Assembly: GCF_001194135.2 (NCBI RefSeq)
Contig: NC_068994.1
Coordinates: 41,457,657-41,521,656, forward strand
Length of the DNA: 64,000 bases
DNA from: Octopus bimaculoides
Taxonomy: Eukaryota
Direction of reading: 5' to 3'
Position 1 is the first letter of the stretch. Every line of letters begins with the position of its first letter. Made by a program: the position numbers and the translations under genes. Shown here in pieces: positions 25,021 to 37,586 of the stretch. Below the pieces are notes generated by a model. That model had not been told where the DNA came from. It worked only from the letters and a program-made list of their open reading frames with translations, and ran no database searches.

Positions 25021-25170
25021 TACGACAGGCTTCTTTCAGTTTCCGTCTACCAAATCCACTCACAAGGCATTGGTCGGCCCGAGGCTATAGTAGAAGACAC
25101 TTGCCCAAGATGCCACGCAGTGGGACTGAACCCGGGACCATGTGGTTGGTAAGCAAGCTACTTACCACAC
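24771..25170 (-). mobile_element. tRNA-derived SINE, family A, near full length and little diverged
   Basis: Minus-strand head gtgtggtaagtagcttgcttaccaaccacatggtcccGGGTTCAGTCCCactgcg (A/B-box-like), internal (TA/TG)n, and a 3' part ending ctccagcatggccacagtcaaaagactgaaacaagtaaaag. Multi-copy in this window. Confidence 0.9.
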
Positions 25171-26348
25171 ATTTTATTTGTTAGATCTAGAATTAAAATT
25201 TTTAATTCTAAAATTTGATCATAGCAGCAAGCTGGCTGCTATAAACTAGTTGCAGTAAGTTGAGTTGTGGCTTGTTGGCAGTGACCAGGTAACTGATTTC
25301 TATCTCAGATGGCCAAAATTCTGAAATTCCTCTTCTAAATGGAATAAAAAGAAATTAATGATTTTTGGATTTGTATTTATTTAGTTTGTAGAATTATTTT
25401 GGTACTTTGGGAGGATCATACTGCTAATGAAAACACATGCACCAGCTGTACTTAACTTCTATTACTTCAGTTTTATTATAAATTAACTAGAATAGTTTAT
25501 TTATTTGTTTATTGATTACTTAATTCATTATAAAACTAAAGTGATATACAAACACTATGACCTTCCCAAAGTGCAACAGTAAAAGGAATACTAATAAAAG
25601 ATATACATGCTGTATATCTTTAAGTCATTTTTTATTTTCATCTTTTTATATATTTTTCATATGATACACTAATTATATTTTTGTAAAAAACTAATTGAAT
25701 TAGCTTCCACAAACTATTGATGGCCTATATACAGGAGTTAAAAAATATCTTTTCATCTAAGCATAGTCCACCGAGTATAGTTTAAGCATAAGCTATTGTT
25801 ATACAGAATATCACATAATAATATATAAAGTTATCTTTGAGTTTTATGTAAAATCTGTCAGAACGAATGATGCTATCCGAGAATTTATTCTATAATCACA
25901 TCTCTTTAAATGCTGGATATGTGAATCTTCCTAATGACTTTTTATTCATTTATTTATAATTTTTTTTTTTTTAAATGTGTATATAGTTGAATTATATTGT
26001 AGAAAGAACTATATGTTTGCTTAATAGGCTGTGTCTGCATACAGTTTGTAGATAAATGCAACACTCTTTGACATTAACAACGAATAGCAAGAATAGAAAT
26101 CCACTTAAGACCGGGAATATTCTGGTCAGCTCAGTTCAGATTTTTCACTTCTCAGAGACTCTGGCATTGTTTACTGACTGACTTGCTAAGTGTTTAAGAT
26201 AAATCTTTAACAACAACACTCTGCTACTTTGAGCCCTTAACTACTGGTATTTATTGATTCCAAAATTTATAACAGGAAATCTTAACATCAGAAAGCATAT
26301 TTTCATTTCATATTGCTTTATATGTATTTATTATTACTGTTATTATTA

Positions 26349-26398
<50 letters not shown>

Positions 26399-28034
26399 TG
26401 TCATTGTTGATAGGAGTTTATACACTACTGGAAACCATTACGGAGTATTCAAGTAATATCGAATGGCTTTTAAGAGACACAAATCTTGCTGATTTAAATT
26501 CAGCATGCTATGGGGGTGAATAAGAAGAGGAAAAAAAAAAAGAGAAAGAGAAAAGGAGTGAGAAGAGAAGATGCATACAGCTTATACAAAAGGAAGCAGT
26601 TTAGAGTTAGTTGTAGAAGCATTTAGTTGAAAGTATTGTCGGTTTATGCAACTAGCTGCGAATGCCTAGCAATAATAGCACAATGAGTAGCAATAATGAA
26701 GCAATGAGTTAGATGTAATTTACTCTTCTTTAACACTTCACCAAAGAAAAAAGGAAAAAAAAAAAAACTTGGAACAATAATTGCTGTGCATTATTTTCAG
26801 TTTGATTTAACATAAAAATAAGAAATAATAATAAAAAAAAAAAAAGGAAGCAAACATTACTTTAAAATCTATTTCTGGTGACAGAAAGAATGGTGGGTGT
26901 GATATTTAATAAAGCTGATATAATGATCCACAAATTTGTAATGCCAAATAATAAATGAAGTAAAGAGATATATAGATGGAAAGGATGAAAGCTATGAACA
27001 AATGCTTTAAGTTAACAAATGGCAAAGAAGAATAATCACTTTAAAGAAAATAAGAAAAAAGATTCAAATGACTGAGTCAGAGCTCATAAAACTGGTGAAT
27101 TCCAATAAATGAGTGAAGTAGACAGTTCCTCCAATCTGTTCTGCCTATAATTACACATGATGGAACATTTCAGCCTGGTGGAAAGCAAACAGAAAATTTT
27201 TCTTTCCTTTTATTTTTCTCTCTCTCTCCACCCTTCCCACCTCACCTCTATCCCCACCACCACCACCACCACCACATACCAATGTTGGTAGTGACTGTGA
27301 AGACAAGAATGTTGAGGAGGTAAATTGCAGAAACTGTAGGATGAAGAATTTGATTAAAAAGAAATATGAATGACTTTATCCCTAGATTAACAACTCTTAA
27401 GTAGAATTTGGTAATATTTCTAGTTAAAAGGTTTTACAAAATGTTGAGGCAAATATGGGAAGCTTAAGTGAACACTGTCGACATTTCAACATGTAAGAAG
27501 TGCTACACAATCAAGGGAAAAAGCATGGACCAAGTAAAGTAAAGCTCAAGTGTAGCCAGAAGCAGATAAGATTAAAGGTGAGAGAGAACAAGAAAAGAGT
27601 TGCAGGAGACAGACATGAAAGAAGAAATTCAAACTGGGTGAGAAGTAGAAAGGAAATATAAGACGAAAGCAGAGAAAAAAAAATTCTTTACAAAGCAATG
27701 AAAAATACTATATAATTTTCTTCAGTTTCTTTCATATTGATAGGGTATATTTTGTTTGTTTCCTTTATAAAAAACATTCTTTTTAAATGATGTTTTAAAA
27801 AGGAAATGAATTTTTTTTCTTATTAAATTTGTGATTTTTCCTTTCAGCTTTAGATTGTTAAAATTTGATAAAATAATCCAAATTGTTGTAGTTTACAGAT
27901 GTGAAAATAAACTTTGCAGTTTAAAAATAGTATTATACAAGCAAAAGGGGCTTATATTAACATGTGTAAAATTTTCGTAATTAACCATTTATTAAAGAAA
28001 TTAATCTACCAGCAAGTTTTTTATGTGGGTTTGT

Positions 28035-28254
28035 ACAGGAGATAGATTCAATATAAAATTTTTATTGGGTACAGCATATGTTTTGACCCATCAGTCTGGG
28101 TCTCATTAGGTACATTGATAATTATATGTCTCACTACAGATTTTTAGTGTCAGCTGACACTAAAAATCTATAGTCTGACATATCTTTATCAATGTACCTG
28201 ATGGGTCAAAACATGTTGTACCCAATAAAGATTTAATACTGAATCATCTCTTGT
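28035..28254. repeat. ~220-bp loopless palindrome (MITE-like)
   Basis: Centre agatttttagtgtcag|ctgacactaaaaatct at 28153/28154. Arms continue as tttattgggtaca...tgtacccaataaa and ttttgacccatcag...ctgatgggtcaaaa, with an extra ~13 nt in the left arm. Confidence 0.9.
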
Positions 28255-28819
28255 TAATTAATAATATATATATATATAAATCCCCAAAAATGAAGAACAA
28301 ACACAAATCAGCAACATGAGAAAAGGAAGATGGAGGAAAAAGATCGCCAACGATTCACATGTGGTTACATTTTGGGGGTGAGGTGTGNNNNNNNNNNNNN
28401 NNNNNNNNNNNNNNNNNNNNNNNNNNNNNNNNNNNNNNNNTAGATATATATGCATATATGTATATATACACACACACACTTTCTTTTAACAGAGTTTTGT
28501 AGCCTGAAACCATTGGTTTTTATATTTTCACTGTCATTCAGCTGAAATTTGTTTGCTTAATGTTTGTTTTTTCATGCAAATGTGGGTTGGATGGGGATTA
28601 ATTTGAAGCAGAATTTTATGGCTGGATGCTCTTCCTGTCACCAACCACAACCATTTTACAGTTAAAAAATTTTCTATTTCAAAGGTTTTCAAAAGTGCAG
28701 AATGATATGTTATAATATCTATTAGAAATGTAAGTATCATATCACCTTTCTGTTCAGGTGATTACAAGTAAAACTGAAGAATTTCAATATTCACATGCTT
28801 TCACACACACACACACACA

Positions 28820-29085
28820 CACACATGCGATGGGCTTTAGAGTTTCTGCTCTCCACATTCACTCATAAGTTATTGGTTGACCTGAGTTTATTATAGGAGA
28901 CAACCAAATTCATGGAGTGGGACTGGACCTGAATGGAGTGGAACCGAACTGGAATGGAGTGGAACTGAACTTGAATGGAGTGGGACTGAAACCAAATAGA
29001 ATAGAACTAAACCTGAATAGAGTGGGACTGAACCTCAAACCCTGTTGTTAGGTGGTTGTGAAGCAAATTTCTTAACCAGTAAAGT
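28820..29085 (-). mobile_element. SINE family A head with tandemly amplified B-box-like segment
   Basis: Flanks match the family A head. The gtgggactgaacc segment is present as six 21-bp units. Confidence 0.7.
28913..29036. repeat. Minisatellite, 6 x 21 bp (tggagtgggactgaacctgaa-like)
   Basis: Unit starts at 28913, 28934, 28955, 28976, 28997 and 29018. Confidence 0.9.
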
Positions 29086-29894
29086 GATGGCTGTACATAT
29101 GTGTCAAAAAATCATGTTTATTAGCTATTTTCATGTAAACACAATCCACTACAACATGAGAACAGTCAAAGATTAGTTTAATGAAAACAAAATAAGAATG
29201 AAAACACGAGATTCAAATTATTGATTATCTTGTGAGCATGATGAAGTTTCAAGTGGGTGTTTATATCGATTAACAGAGACTGGTTTCAATGTACTTACAA
29301 ATGTAAGATGCATTGCATGTAAAAAATTGAAACTTTAAAAAAAATCACTGTTATTGTTTTACTCTAATTCTAGTGGAAAAGAACTTAACCCGTTGCCCAC
29401 AGAGAAGTAAAATTATGAGCAATAAGAGCAATATATTAGAAGCATGAGGTTAACTCTGGACCCTATGAAGCTGGTTGTAGCTGCTGTTAGCAAAAATTAA
29501 TTTAAAAACTTCATAGAATGAACAAAATTGTAATAAGTTATTTTAGTGTGAGGTGTCAAAACATCCTGTATTTTGGACATTTGTTCTTCAAAGAGAAAGT
29601 ATATAGAATAAAGAATATAGGAACATTGGTGGGAAAGATATAAGCTTTACTCTGCATTTTCTTCCTCTCCAAAAAATAAACAGTGCCCCAAACATTGAGT
29701 TTTCATCTCTCAGAGTTAACCAAGCTACATTTTTTCCCTACAAATGTTTATATTTTACAAGTATAGCATTTCCCCCTTAATCTGGGATTATTGCACCAAA
29801 AGATGCTCAGACTTGATAACAGTTATACGTTTATTGCAGAGAATTTGCTTCCATCCACTACATTGTGCATTAAAGTTCATTATCATTTGGTTGA

Positions 29895-30095
29895 GCTTGC
29901 TCAGACACTTTTAACCCACACACACCATCCATCTTGGTCCTGCATTAGTTGATGAAGCTCTTTGGGGAGGCATCCAGTGTCTCTGGTGAGTTGATCTACA
30001 TATTTTGTGTTCAGACGACCTGTTTGAGTATGGCCATGCTTTCCATTCACAGTTGCTATGTTTAGTTTGCCAGTAATGTCCTGCAAAGTACAAGC
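29895..30095 (-). mobile_element. Decayed RTE-like LINE C-terminus
   Basis: FAGHYWQ then, frameshifted, KHGHTQTGRLNTKYVDQLTRDTGC...LMQDQDGW; typical of the extreme C-terminus of RTE-type ORF2. Confidence 0.7.
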
Positions 30096-31469
30096 ATCTT
30101 TACCTTATAAAGGTGGAAACAGGCAAGAGGTCTCAACGTAATTAGTGCCAACAATTATTTTTGATAATGTTTCTCAAGAACTGATGGGCACAACCAATAT
30201 TCTAAATTCAAATCCAGCTCAAGTCAATATTACATATCACCCTTCTAGATTTATTAAACAAAGTACCAGTCAGAAACTGGAGCTGAACTTATCAGCTGTA
30301 TGCTCCCTAATATGTTGTTATCTTAACAACCAGTAATGTTTCTTGCCACCGGGCCAATGAGAAGAATTGTTAGAGCATCCAGTAGAATGCTTTGTGATGA
30401 ACATTCCAGTTCTGTGTGCTCTGAGTTCAAATCCTATAAATGTCATCTCTGCCTTTCATCCAGTTTTGTAGTGGGAGACGGCAGGATGGAGGTGGAATTA
30501 ATACATAAAATACTAGTCTTGTAACAGGGTCAGTTCTTCTCTTTTTATCACTCTTGCTTTCCTTCTGTTTATTTGTATTCATCTCTCAAAAATATCAGTA
30601 GACAAACATACATGTATATGTATATGTACAAACATAGTTAAGCTTAAGGATTCAGATTTGTGTGGGACACAAAATGAGATTAATGGAAGTTCATGTCCTT
30701 GACAAAGTCACTAACAAAGGCTATTTAAGTAAAAGGAAACAGTTGCAAAAGGTGACAGGAAAAATAAAGTGAGGAGAAGCCAGAGATATATCTCATCAAA
30801 ATCACTCCAATATCATAAGGGGTTCATTATGAAAACTCCATATTATTAGACATTTTAGAGTGTCCATCCACCCAGTGCTTTAGAGATGTACATTCCAGTC
30901 TTTCGGATGATTCATAGATGAAAAGTTACCTGTGAAACTATTAGTTAATCAATGAATGCATTTCACTAGACATTCTTGCTTGCTCTGATTAATTCAGCAT
31001 CAGGTTTCTATGAAAATATAATTCAGATTTCATTCCCTGTTGACCAATCTGAGTGACCAGTCTCTTTTGTAGAAATGGAAACTGGCTAAGCCACAATTAA
31101 TACCTCACTTATATAAATCAATAATGTTATAATACCAGAGAGCTGTGTATTTGGCAGCAGTTTTTAGAGGTGTTTAGAGTCCATTAAACTACTGGACACA
31201 TTGCCAAAATAGTTGACCACAGCAATGGTTGGCTCTAGACTGTAGGTATCACTGAATATAATTCTTATTCCTGATCAATTTCCACAACTTATTTCAGTGA
31301 TATATATTTTATATTAGCCAGACAAAATGCTGTGTCTATTACACTGCAGAAGAGACGTTTTAATCACTTAAGAAAATAGAAAATAAAAAATATTGTTATA
31401 TAGACATTTTTTATTCTACTTTTTAATATGACAGTCTACCAGAAGGCTGCAAGCTTGTAATTCATTATT

Positions 31470-31870
31470 ACTTTGGACAAAATGCTTAGCAATATTTCTT
31501 CCAGTTCAATATGTTCTGAGTTCAAATTCCACCAAAGTCAACCTTAGCTTTTTTCCTTTCAGGGTTCATGAATTAAAGTATCAGTCAAATACTAGGGTTG
31601 AATAACTCCACTCCTTATCCTTGTTCCAAAATTAGAAAGAATATTACAATCTACTATAAAATGGGAAAATATTTCATTCCATATCTACAATATGGTAACT
31701 ATCACAATCCTGATAGGTGGAAAATCAGCAGAATTGTTCAAGCATTAGATAAAATAATCATGGCATTTGATGTGATTCACTGCACTCTGAGTTCAAATTC
31801 TGCTGAAGTCACCTTTGTTTTTATTCACTTCAGGGTTGATAAAAGCATACCAACCTGGGATGAGAGGTTG
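31470..31870 (+). mobile_element. Two consecutive SINE family B fragments
   Basis: gttctgagttcaaattccaccaaagtcaacc (~31513) and ctctgagttcaaattctgctgaagtcacc (~31785). Confidence 0.65.
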
Positions 31871-32261
31871 ACGAAACTGTAAGAACATTGAACTGGAAGC
31901 CTGGTGGCTATTTGTGTTCTGAGTTCAAATTCCACTTAGGCTTACTTTAATGGTAAGCTTCATTCATCGCCACCTTATTTAGTGCCAATAACTGGCATCT
32001 TGGGTGTTTTAGCAGAGTTCATTCTGTTGGAAGCATTCAGGTCACATCTCCAGTTTAAGAAGGAAATCCTACGCCATTCTCCCTTCGTCCAACAACTCTT
32101 GGAGACATTTCAAAAGGGTCATGGGTACTGCCACACCCTATCCTTGACTAAAACATGACAGCAAAAAGTACTCCAGAAGTATGGCAAAACTTCTTAGCAA
32201 GTCATGGAAGACAGTCATATTAAAAAAGGAAAATAAGGAATATGACATAGTTTTTGAAACA

Positions 32262-32510
32262 TGGGCATGGCTGTGTAGCTAGGAACCTTATGTAACCATG
32301 TAATTTCAGGTCCAGTACAACAATATTGCAGCTTGAGTAAGTGCCTTCTTCTACAGCACTGGGTCTAGCAATGTCTTGTAACTGGATTTGGTAGATAGAA
32401 ACTGAGAGGAAGCATGTATATGTGTTTACGTATATGTGTATACATGTTTATGGGTGTGTGTGTGATAGTGTATGTGTTTGTCCTCCACCACTACTTGACA
32501 GCCAGTGATG
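32262..32510 (+). mobile_element. SINE family A, 5' half, diverged
   Basis: ggcatggctgtgtagctagg...ggatttggtagatagaaactgag...tgtgtttgtcctccaccactacttgacagcc. Confidence 0.7.
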
Positions 32511-32519
32511 ATAGGGAGA

Positions 32520-33035
32520 TAAAGAGAGGTAAGACTTGGTACAAGCACAAACCATAGAGAGTGGCGGAATAGGAAACTAGCAAAATCTTCTGGGATTTCC
32601 CAATCCAAACAGATCAGGTTCTAGAGCATAACAGAGCAGACCTAGTGGTGGTGGACAAGATGCACCACATAGGCTATATAGTTGATGTTGCATGCTTCTT
32701 TGATCCATGAATAGTCAAGAAGGAAGGTGTAAAGATAGATAAATACAATCTTCTTAAGTACGAAATAGCCTCGCTATAGAAAATGAAGAAGGTGAAGATA
32801 GTGTCAATTATTGTCGAGTCCTAGGGAACAGTATCAGAAGATATCAAGGAAAATTGGAATAGAGTGCCCAGTAGAACTGTTACAAAAGGTTGCCTCCTTG
32901 GCATGGCCAGAATAATCAAGAAAGTTTTAGATAGTTGAAAAGAATGGATAGCATGGTACTGAAAGCTGCAGGTAGCAAACCCATAGTGCATGCAAGACTC
33001 CAGGATTCTAATAAAACCTGTGATAAAGAGAAATG
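32520..33035 (+). mobile_element. Decayed R4/Dong-type non-LTR retrotransposon, restriction-like endonuclease domain and 3' end
   Basis: In frame: WYKHKP*RVAE*ETSKIFWDFPIQTDQVLEHNRADLVVVDK...IVDVACFFDP*IVKKEGVKIDKY...KIGIECPVELLQK...ARIIKKVLDS*, then UTR and (AAT)n. Confidence 0.85.
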
Positions 33036-33272
33036 ATAATAATAATAATAACAATAATCCTTTCTACTGGAGGTACAAGGCCTCAAATTTGTGGGATGGG
33101 AACTAGTCAATTATACCGACCCCAGTGTTTCACTGGTACTTAATTTATCAACCCCCCTAAAGGATGAAGGGCAAAGTCGGCCTCGGCAGAATTTGAACTC
33201 AGAACATAGCAATGGGCAAAATACTGCTAAGTATTTCATCCAGAACACTAACAATTCTACCAGCTCACCGCC
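33036..33272 (-). mobile_element. SINE family B with (TTA)n tail
   Basis: ggcggtgagctggtagaattgttag...ttctgagttcaaattctgccgaggccgactttgcc on the minus strand. Tail at 33036-33058. Confidence 0.85.
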
Positions 33273-33785
33273 TTACCAGACAGTGGCTCTCATGGCTTTT
33301 GATCTTAACTGATTGGAAGTGTTATCATATACGTTGTTTTGTGTTGGTATAAAAGATGGGCTACAGCAAATATTTGCTTGTTAGTTGTTTAACCTTAACC
33401 AGTTGAGTATGTCCCTTATTGGCTGACGATATGTGCATCTCTGATCATGAGCAGAAATAGTGGGGAAGCATCATAGCTATGTGTTGAGAGGAATTCTTTG
33501 GGGTTTGGATAATTCACCTCTGGAAACATGGGTGTTGAATTCAACATCCTTAAACAACCCTTATTCAGGGATCTTTTGAGTGGGATGGGCTACACGACCG
33601 GAAAAAAATCTAACTGGGACCCACCTGCAAGTTCATGTTCTGTTTATCTTGATATGAGATCACTATGTTCAACACATATGGCTGTGATGCATGTGCCTGG
33701 TGTACTGGGTAGTCATGATGGGTATAATGGGCTTCATATATTTTACCCCAGTGTCACTTTGATGGCATGCACTGCTCTCTCACTC

Positions 33786-34099
33786 AATAATAATAATAAT
33801 CAGTGGAAGCTTAGTACTACGATAATACCAGTGGTAACTGGTGCATTGGGAATGGTAAAGAAGGGAGCTGAGAAGTATATTAAGCATCTCCCTGGTTACT
33901 CCAATCTCCATGTACTACAAAAGAGAACCTTGATAGGTACAGCCCATAGACTAAAGAAAGCACTCTCCATCTAAAACGGAATGAATGTGGCGATAATTTT
34001 AGCCTGCATAGCAAAACAAAAGTGCCCTTGCTACTCCTGGCCTCTGGAGGATGCGCGGTACTAAGGCAGCTGAAATAAAGTTATAATGGAAGCCATAAC

Positions 34100-34131
<32 letters not shown>
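33786..34131 (+). mobile_element. 5'-truncated R4/Dong-type retrotransposon in an (AAT)n tract
   Basis: QWKLSTTIIPVVTGALGMVKKGAEKYIKHLPGYSNLHVLQKRTLIGTAHRLKKALSI* (33801-33974) is the REL C-terminal helix region. (AAT)n lies on both sides. Confidence 0.85.
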
Positions 34132-34133
<2 letters not shown>

Positions 34134-34841
34134 CATTATTATCATTATTATTATATATATACATGACAAACGTCTTCAGTTTTTGTCTAGAAAATTCACT
34201 TATTAAGCTGTGGGACCAAACCTGAAATTATGTGGCTGGGATGCAAACATCTTGCCATCCAACCATGACTGTGCTTGTATTTTATTTTTATTTTAAGGTG
34301 TTTTGGATGGCAACACATGAGCATCAAAGGGAAATGCATCAAACACCAATATACATTGATGTACTAAAGAAAGATTGTAAAAAGAGAAAGTTCTGATGTG
34401 TTAGAACAATGTATGTGAGATAAGATGGCTAGGGGCACCCCTGGAGTGCTTGTCTGTGAAAGACCTTAAAATGATAAGATAAAATGGTTGGGTTTGATTT
34501 GCAAGGTAAGGTGTTTCGTGGGAGATTTGGCTGTTATTTCTAGTGTTTTAACCTACTGTATACAGATGTCCCTTGCCTTGATACACAGTTAATATACGCA
34601 GTTAGTTTTAACAGATAGCAAGGTAATTACCTGAGTGTAAATGTAAACGAGGAGCAAAAGCAAAAAGAAGATAGAAGGGGGAGGAGGAGGAAGATGAAGA
34701 GAAGGAGGAGGAGGTGGTTGAAGAAGGAGGAAGAGGAGAACAGCAACAATGATAGCAACAAGAAAAACAAGAAGAAAGAGGAGAAGGTGGAGGAAGAGAT
34801 ACACATTTCGTTAGTTACAACACTCCACTAATATCTGTCAC

Positions 34842-34876
<35 letters not shown>

Positions 34877-35329
34877 GTCTCTCCCCCCTCTCTCTCTGTG
34901 ACTGTCATTCTCTCGCTCCCTTAGTTCAATATCTTCACTAGTTTGATACATTAGCATTGTTCTTCAGATTTTAATAATTTCCTTGATAAATACAGTATTC
35001 TATATCATTTAATTGCTGTACTTGTCCCTCACACATCGAATTACACTAATTTCTGATTTGAAATTTCTTAATATCCAGTGAATGGACCAGGGATCAAACT
35101 GAACTCTAGACAAAAGATTCATAACAACGAGAGAGGATATATTGAAAAGGCGGAGCGAGCATTGTTGAGATGGTGAGATGTTGGCTGAGCTAGATTAGTC
35201 ACTGACACACACACAGAGATATAACTCAATAAAACTGATTAATAATTAGATATGAATGAATTGAAGAAATAATTCAGCCCATCCGTCACGGTGAATAGAT
35301 TTGAAATGCGTCTACTTTCCTTTACTTTC

Positions 35330-35568
35330 ATTATTATTATTTTTTTTTCCATTATCAACGTTGTTACTACCACCACCACCACTGCCGAAACTACAACTAC
35401 TACTAGCACCACCACCACCATTGCTACAACCATCATCATCATCGTCATCGTCATCGTCACCACAAGCACAACCACCACCACCACCACCGTGACCATCACT
35501 GCCATTGAAACCACCACTGCCACCAATACCACCACCACCACCACCACCACCATCGCCACCACCACCAC

Positions 35569-35603
<35 letters not shown>

Positions 35604-35610
35604 CCATTTC
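35330..35610. repeat. Compound trinucleotide low-complexity tract (ACC/CAT)n
   Basis: Read directly. Similar tracts at 15895-16035, 34660-34800, 45450-45890, 48410-48480 and 60945-61110; (TTA)n at 26325-26400. Confidence 0.95.
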
Positions 35611-36135
35611 AGATATTTGTCTTTAGAAAGGAGTATGTTGTATATGATAGTTAATGATGTTGTATATGATAGTTAAACTATTTGTTTCACTGAACAATGA
35701 TAATCGTAGATATGACTGTGAGAAAGGGAGGCTGGGCGGGAATGAGAGAATGATGGAAAGGAAGAAAAATCATAGGAATGGGCACAGCTGTGTGGTTGAG
35801 AGAAATTTACTTTGCAACTACATGGTTCTGGGAACAATCCTACTATGCAGTGCCTTCCACAAATGTCTCCTTCTGTAGCCTTAGGTTAACCAATATTCTG
35901 AGAAAGAATTTCATTGATGAATAGCATGTTGTACACATTCAAACACACACACACACACATGTATGTATTTTGATGTCGCTCATTGGATAGAGTACTTTTT
36001 TACTGATCTTAGCTTAACAGAATTGTAAACTATATATATATATATATATATACATACATATATATATATATATACATACATATACATACATATATATATA
36101 CATACATATATATATACATACATATATATATATAT

Positions 36136-36199
<64 letters not shown>

Positions 36200-36415
36200 T
36201 TACATATATGCATGTGTATACACACGCACACACATTAGCTTTTAATTTAATAACAGTTTGATGCTTTGTAGGCTTATCACATGAACCTAACTCATTAAGC
36301 TTTGAGGAGCCTATGAAATGTTAAGTTGCATATAGCCAAATCAAACTGTTCTTAAATACTAATATATGTAGTCCTACCAGATGTGTTAAATACCTCTTTC
36401 TTTCATTTGTCAACT

Positions 36416-36900
36416 GATCATCATCATCATCGTTTAACGTCCGTTTTCCATGCTGGCATGGGTTGGACAGTTTGACTGAGAACTGGCAAGCCAGTAGGCT
36501 GCACCAGGCACCAATTTGATCTGGCAAGGTTTCTACAGCTGAATGCCCTTCCTAATACCAGCCACTCTGAGAGTGTAGTGGGTCCCTTTTACATGGCACT
36601 GGCACAGGAACCTGTCCGAGGGCACTGGCATCGACCATATTCAGATGGTTCTTTTTATGTGCCACCGGCGCAAGAGCTAGTCAGTGGGCATTGGCATTGA
36701 CCACATTCGGATGGTGCTTTTTATATGCTACCAGCATGGGGAGCCAGTCAGACAGCACTAGCTTTGACCCACACTTGACCCACGTGCCTCCAGCATGGGT
36801 GCCAGTCAAGCAGCACTGGGTCTCAGTCTCTTGTCATTGCCTCTGTGAGGCCCAACATTCGAAGGTCATGCTTCACCACCTCATCCCATGTCTATTCCTA
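36416..36900 (-). mobile_element. RTE-tailed SINE-like element (family D) with internal ~66-bp repeats
   Basis: Plus strand begins (cat)n cgtttaacgtccgttttccatgctggcatgggttgg, the reverse complement of an RTE-type 3' tail; contains gaatgcccttcctaa. Confidence 0.75.
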
Positions 36901-36909
36901 GTATAATAT

Positions 36910-36950
<41 letters not shown>

Positions 36951-37549
36951 CCTTGTAGAATGCTATGCAAAGCTCGTCCACAGTTATTGGGTACCTAATG
37001 TCATCATACAGTTTAAATGCTCTTGTTATTGGATATACATCTGGAATTCCATTGTATCCATTGAGTTTATATACATAGATAGATGATGGACTGAATGATA
37101 TTCTTTATTTAAAATCATTACAATTGTTTTGACACATATTTACACCTGTAGTACTTTGATGTAATGTGTAATCATTATCATCATAAGGTAAGTGTTTAAA
37201 TAAATCCTTCATCAGGCCCTAGTGTCATTTCACTCAGTGACAGAATGCATACCCAAAATGATGATTCTATTTCTTTATTTCTGTATTTTTTATTTTGATC
37301 ACAGTTTTATTTTGTCTGTTATTATAACTATGGCTTTAGTTTTGTTTGTAAACAGCTAAAAATGACACATCATGAAGTGACATCAGGATCTAATGAAGGA
37401 TTTATTCAAACAATCACGTGGGGAGGTGTATTTTACACCATGAATGGATAAAAATGATTACACATCTCTGCAGTGTACAAGTGTAAAAATATGCTCAAAT
37501 GATCATAGTGATTTTAAATGAAGAATGTCATTCATTCCATTTCTATTAT

Positions 37550-37586
<37 letters not shown>

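Noticed and set aside
26500-27700. Purine-rich unique region as an intermediate 5' UTR exon
   Set aside because: Only weak donor and acceptor candidates; no consistent exon could be defined.
28913-29036. CRISPR-like array
   Set aside because: Head-to-tail 21-bp units without unique spacers, SINE-derived, in eukaryotic DNA with no cas genes.
33528-33974. 148-aa ORF as a host gene
   Set aside because: Chimeric: repeat sequence, then (AAT)n read as NNNNN, then a retrotransposon REL C-terminus.
34800-35310. CTCF/CSE-like promoter element as in vertebrate clustered protocadherins
   Set aside because: No convincing CCACCAG(G/A)(G/T)GGC-type match by eye here or at 58273-58800. A PWM scan would be needed.
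35239-35626. Poly-Thr/Ile, poly-Val/Met and poly-Pro/Ser ORFs (also 45430-45938, 60912-61145)
   Set aside because: Trinucleotide tracts open in several frames on both strands, with no splice or domain support.
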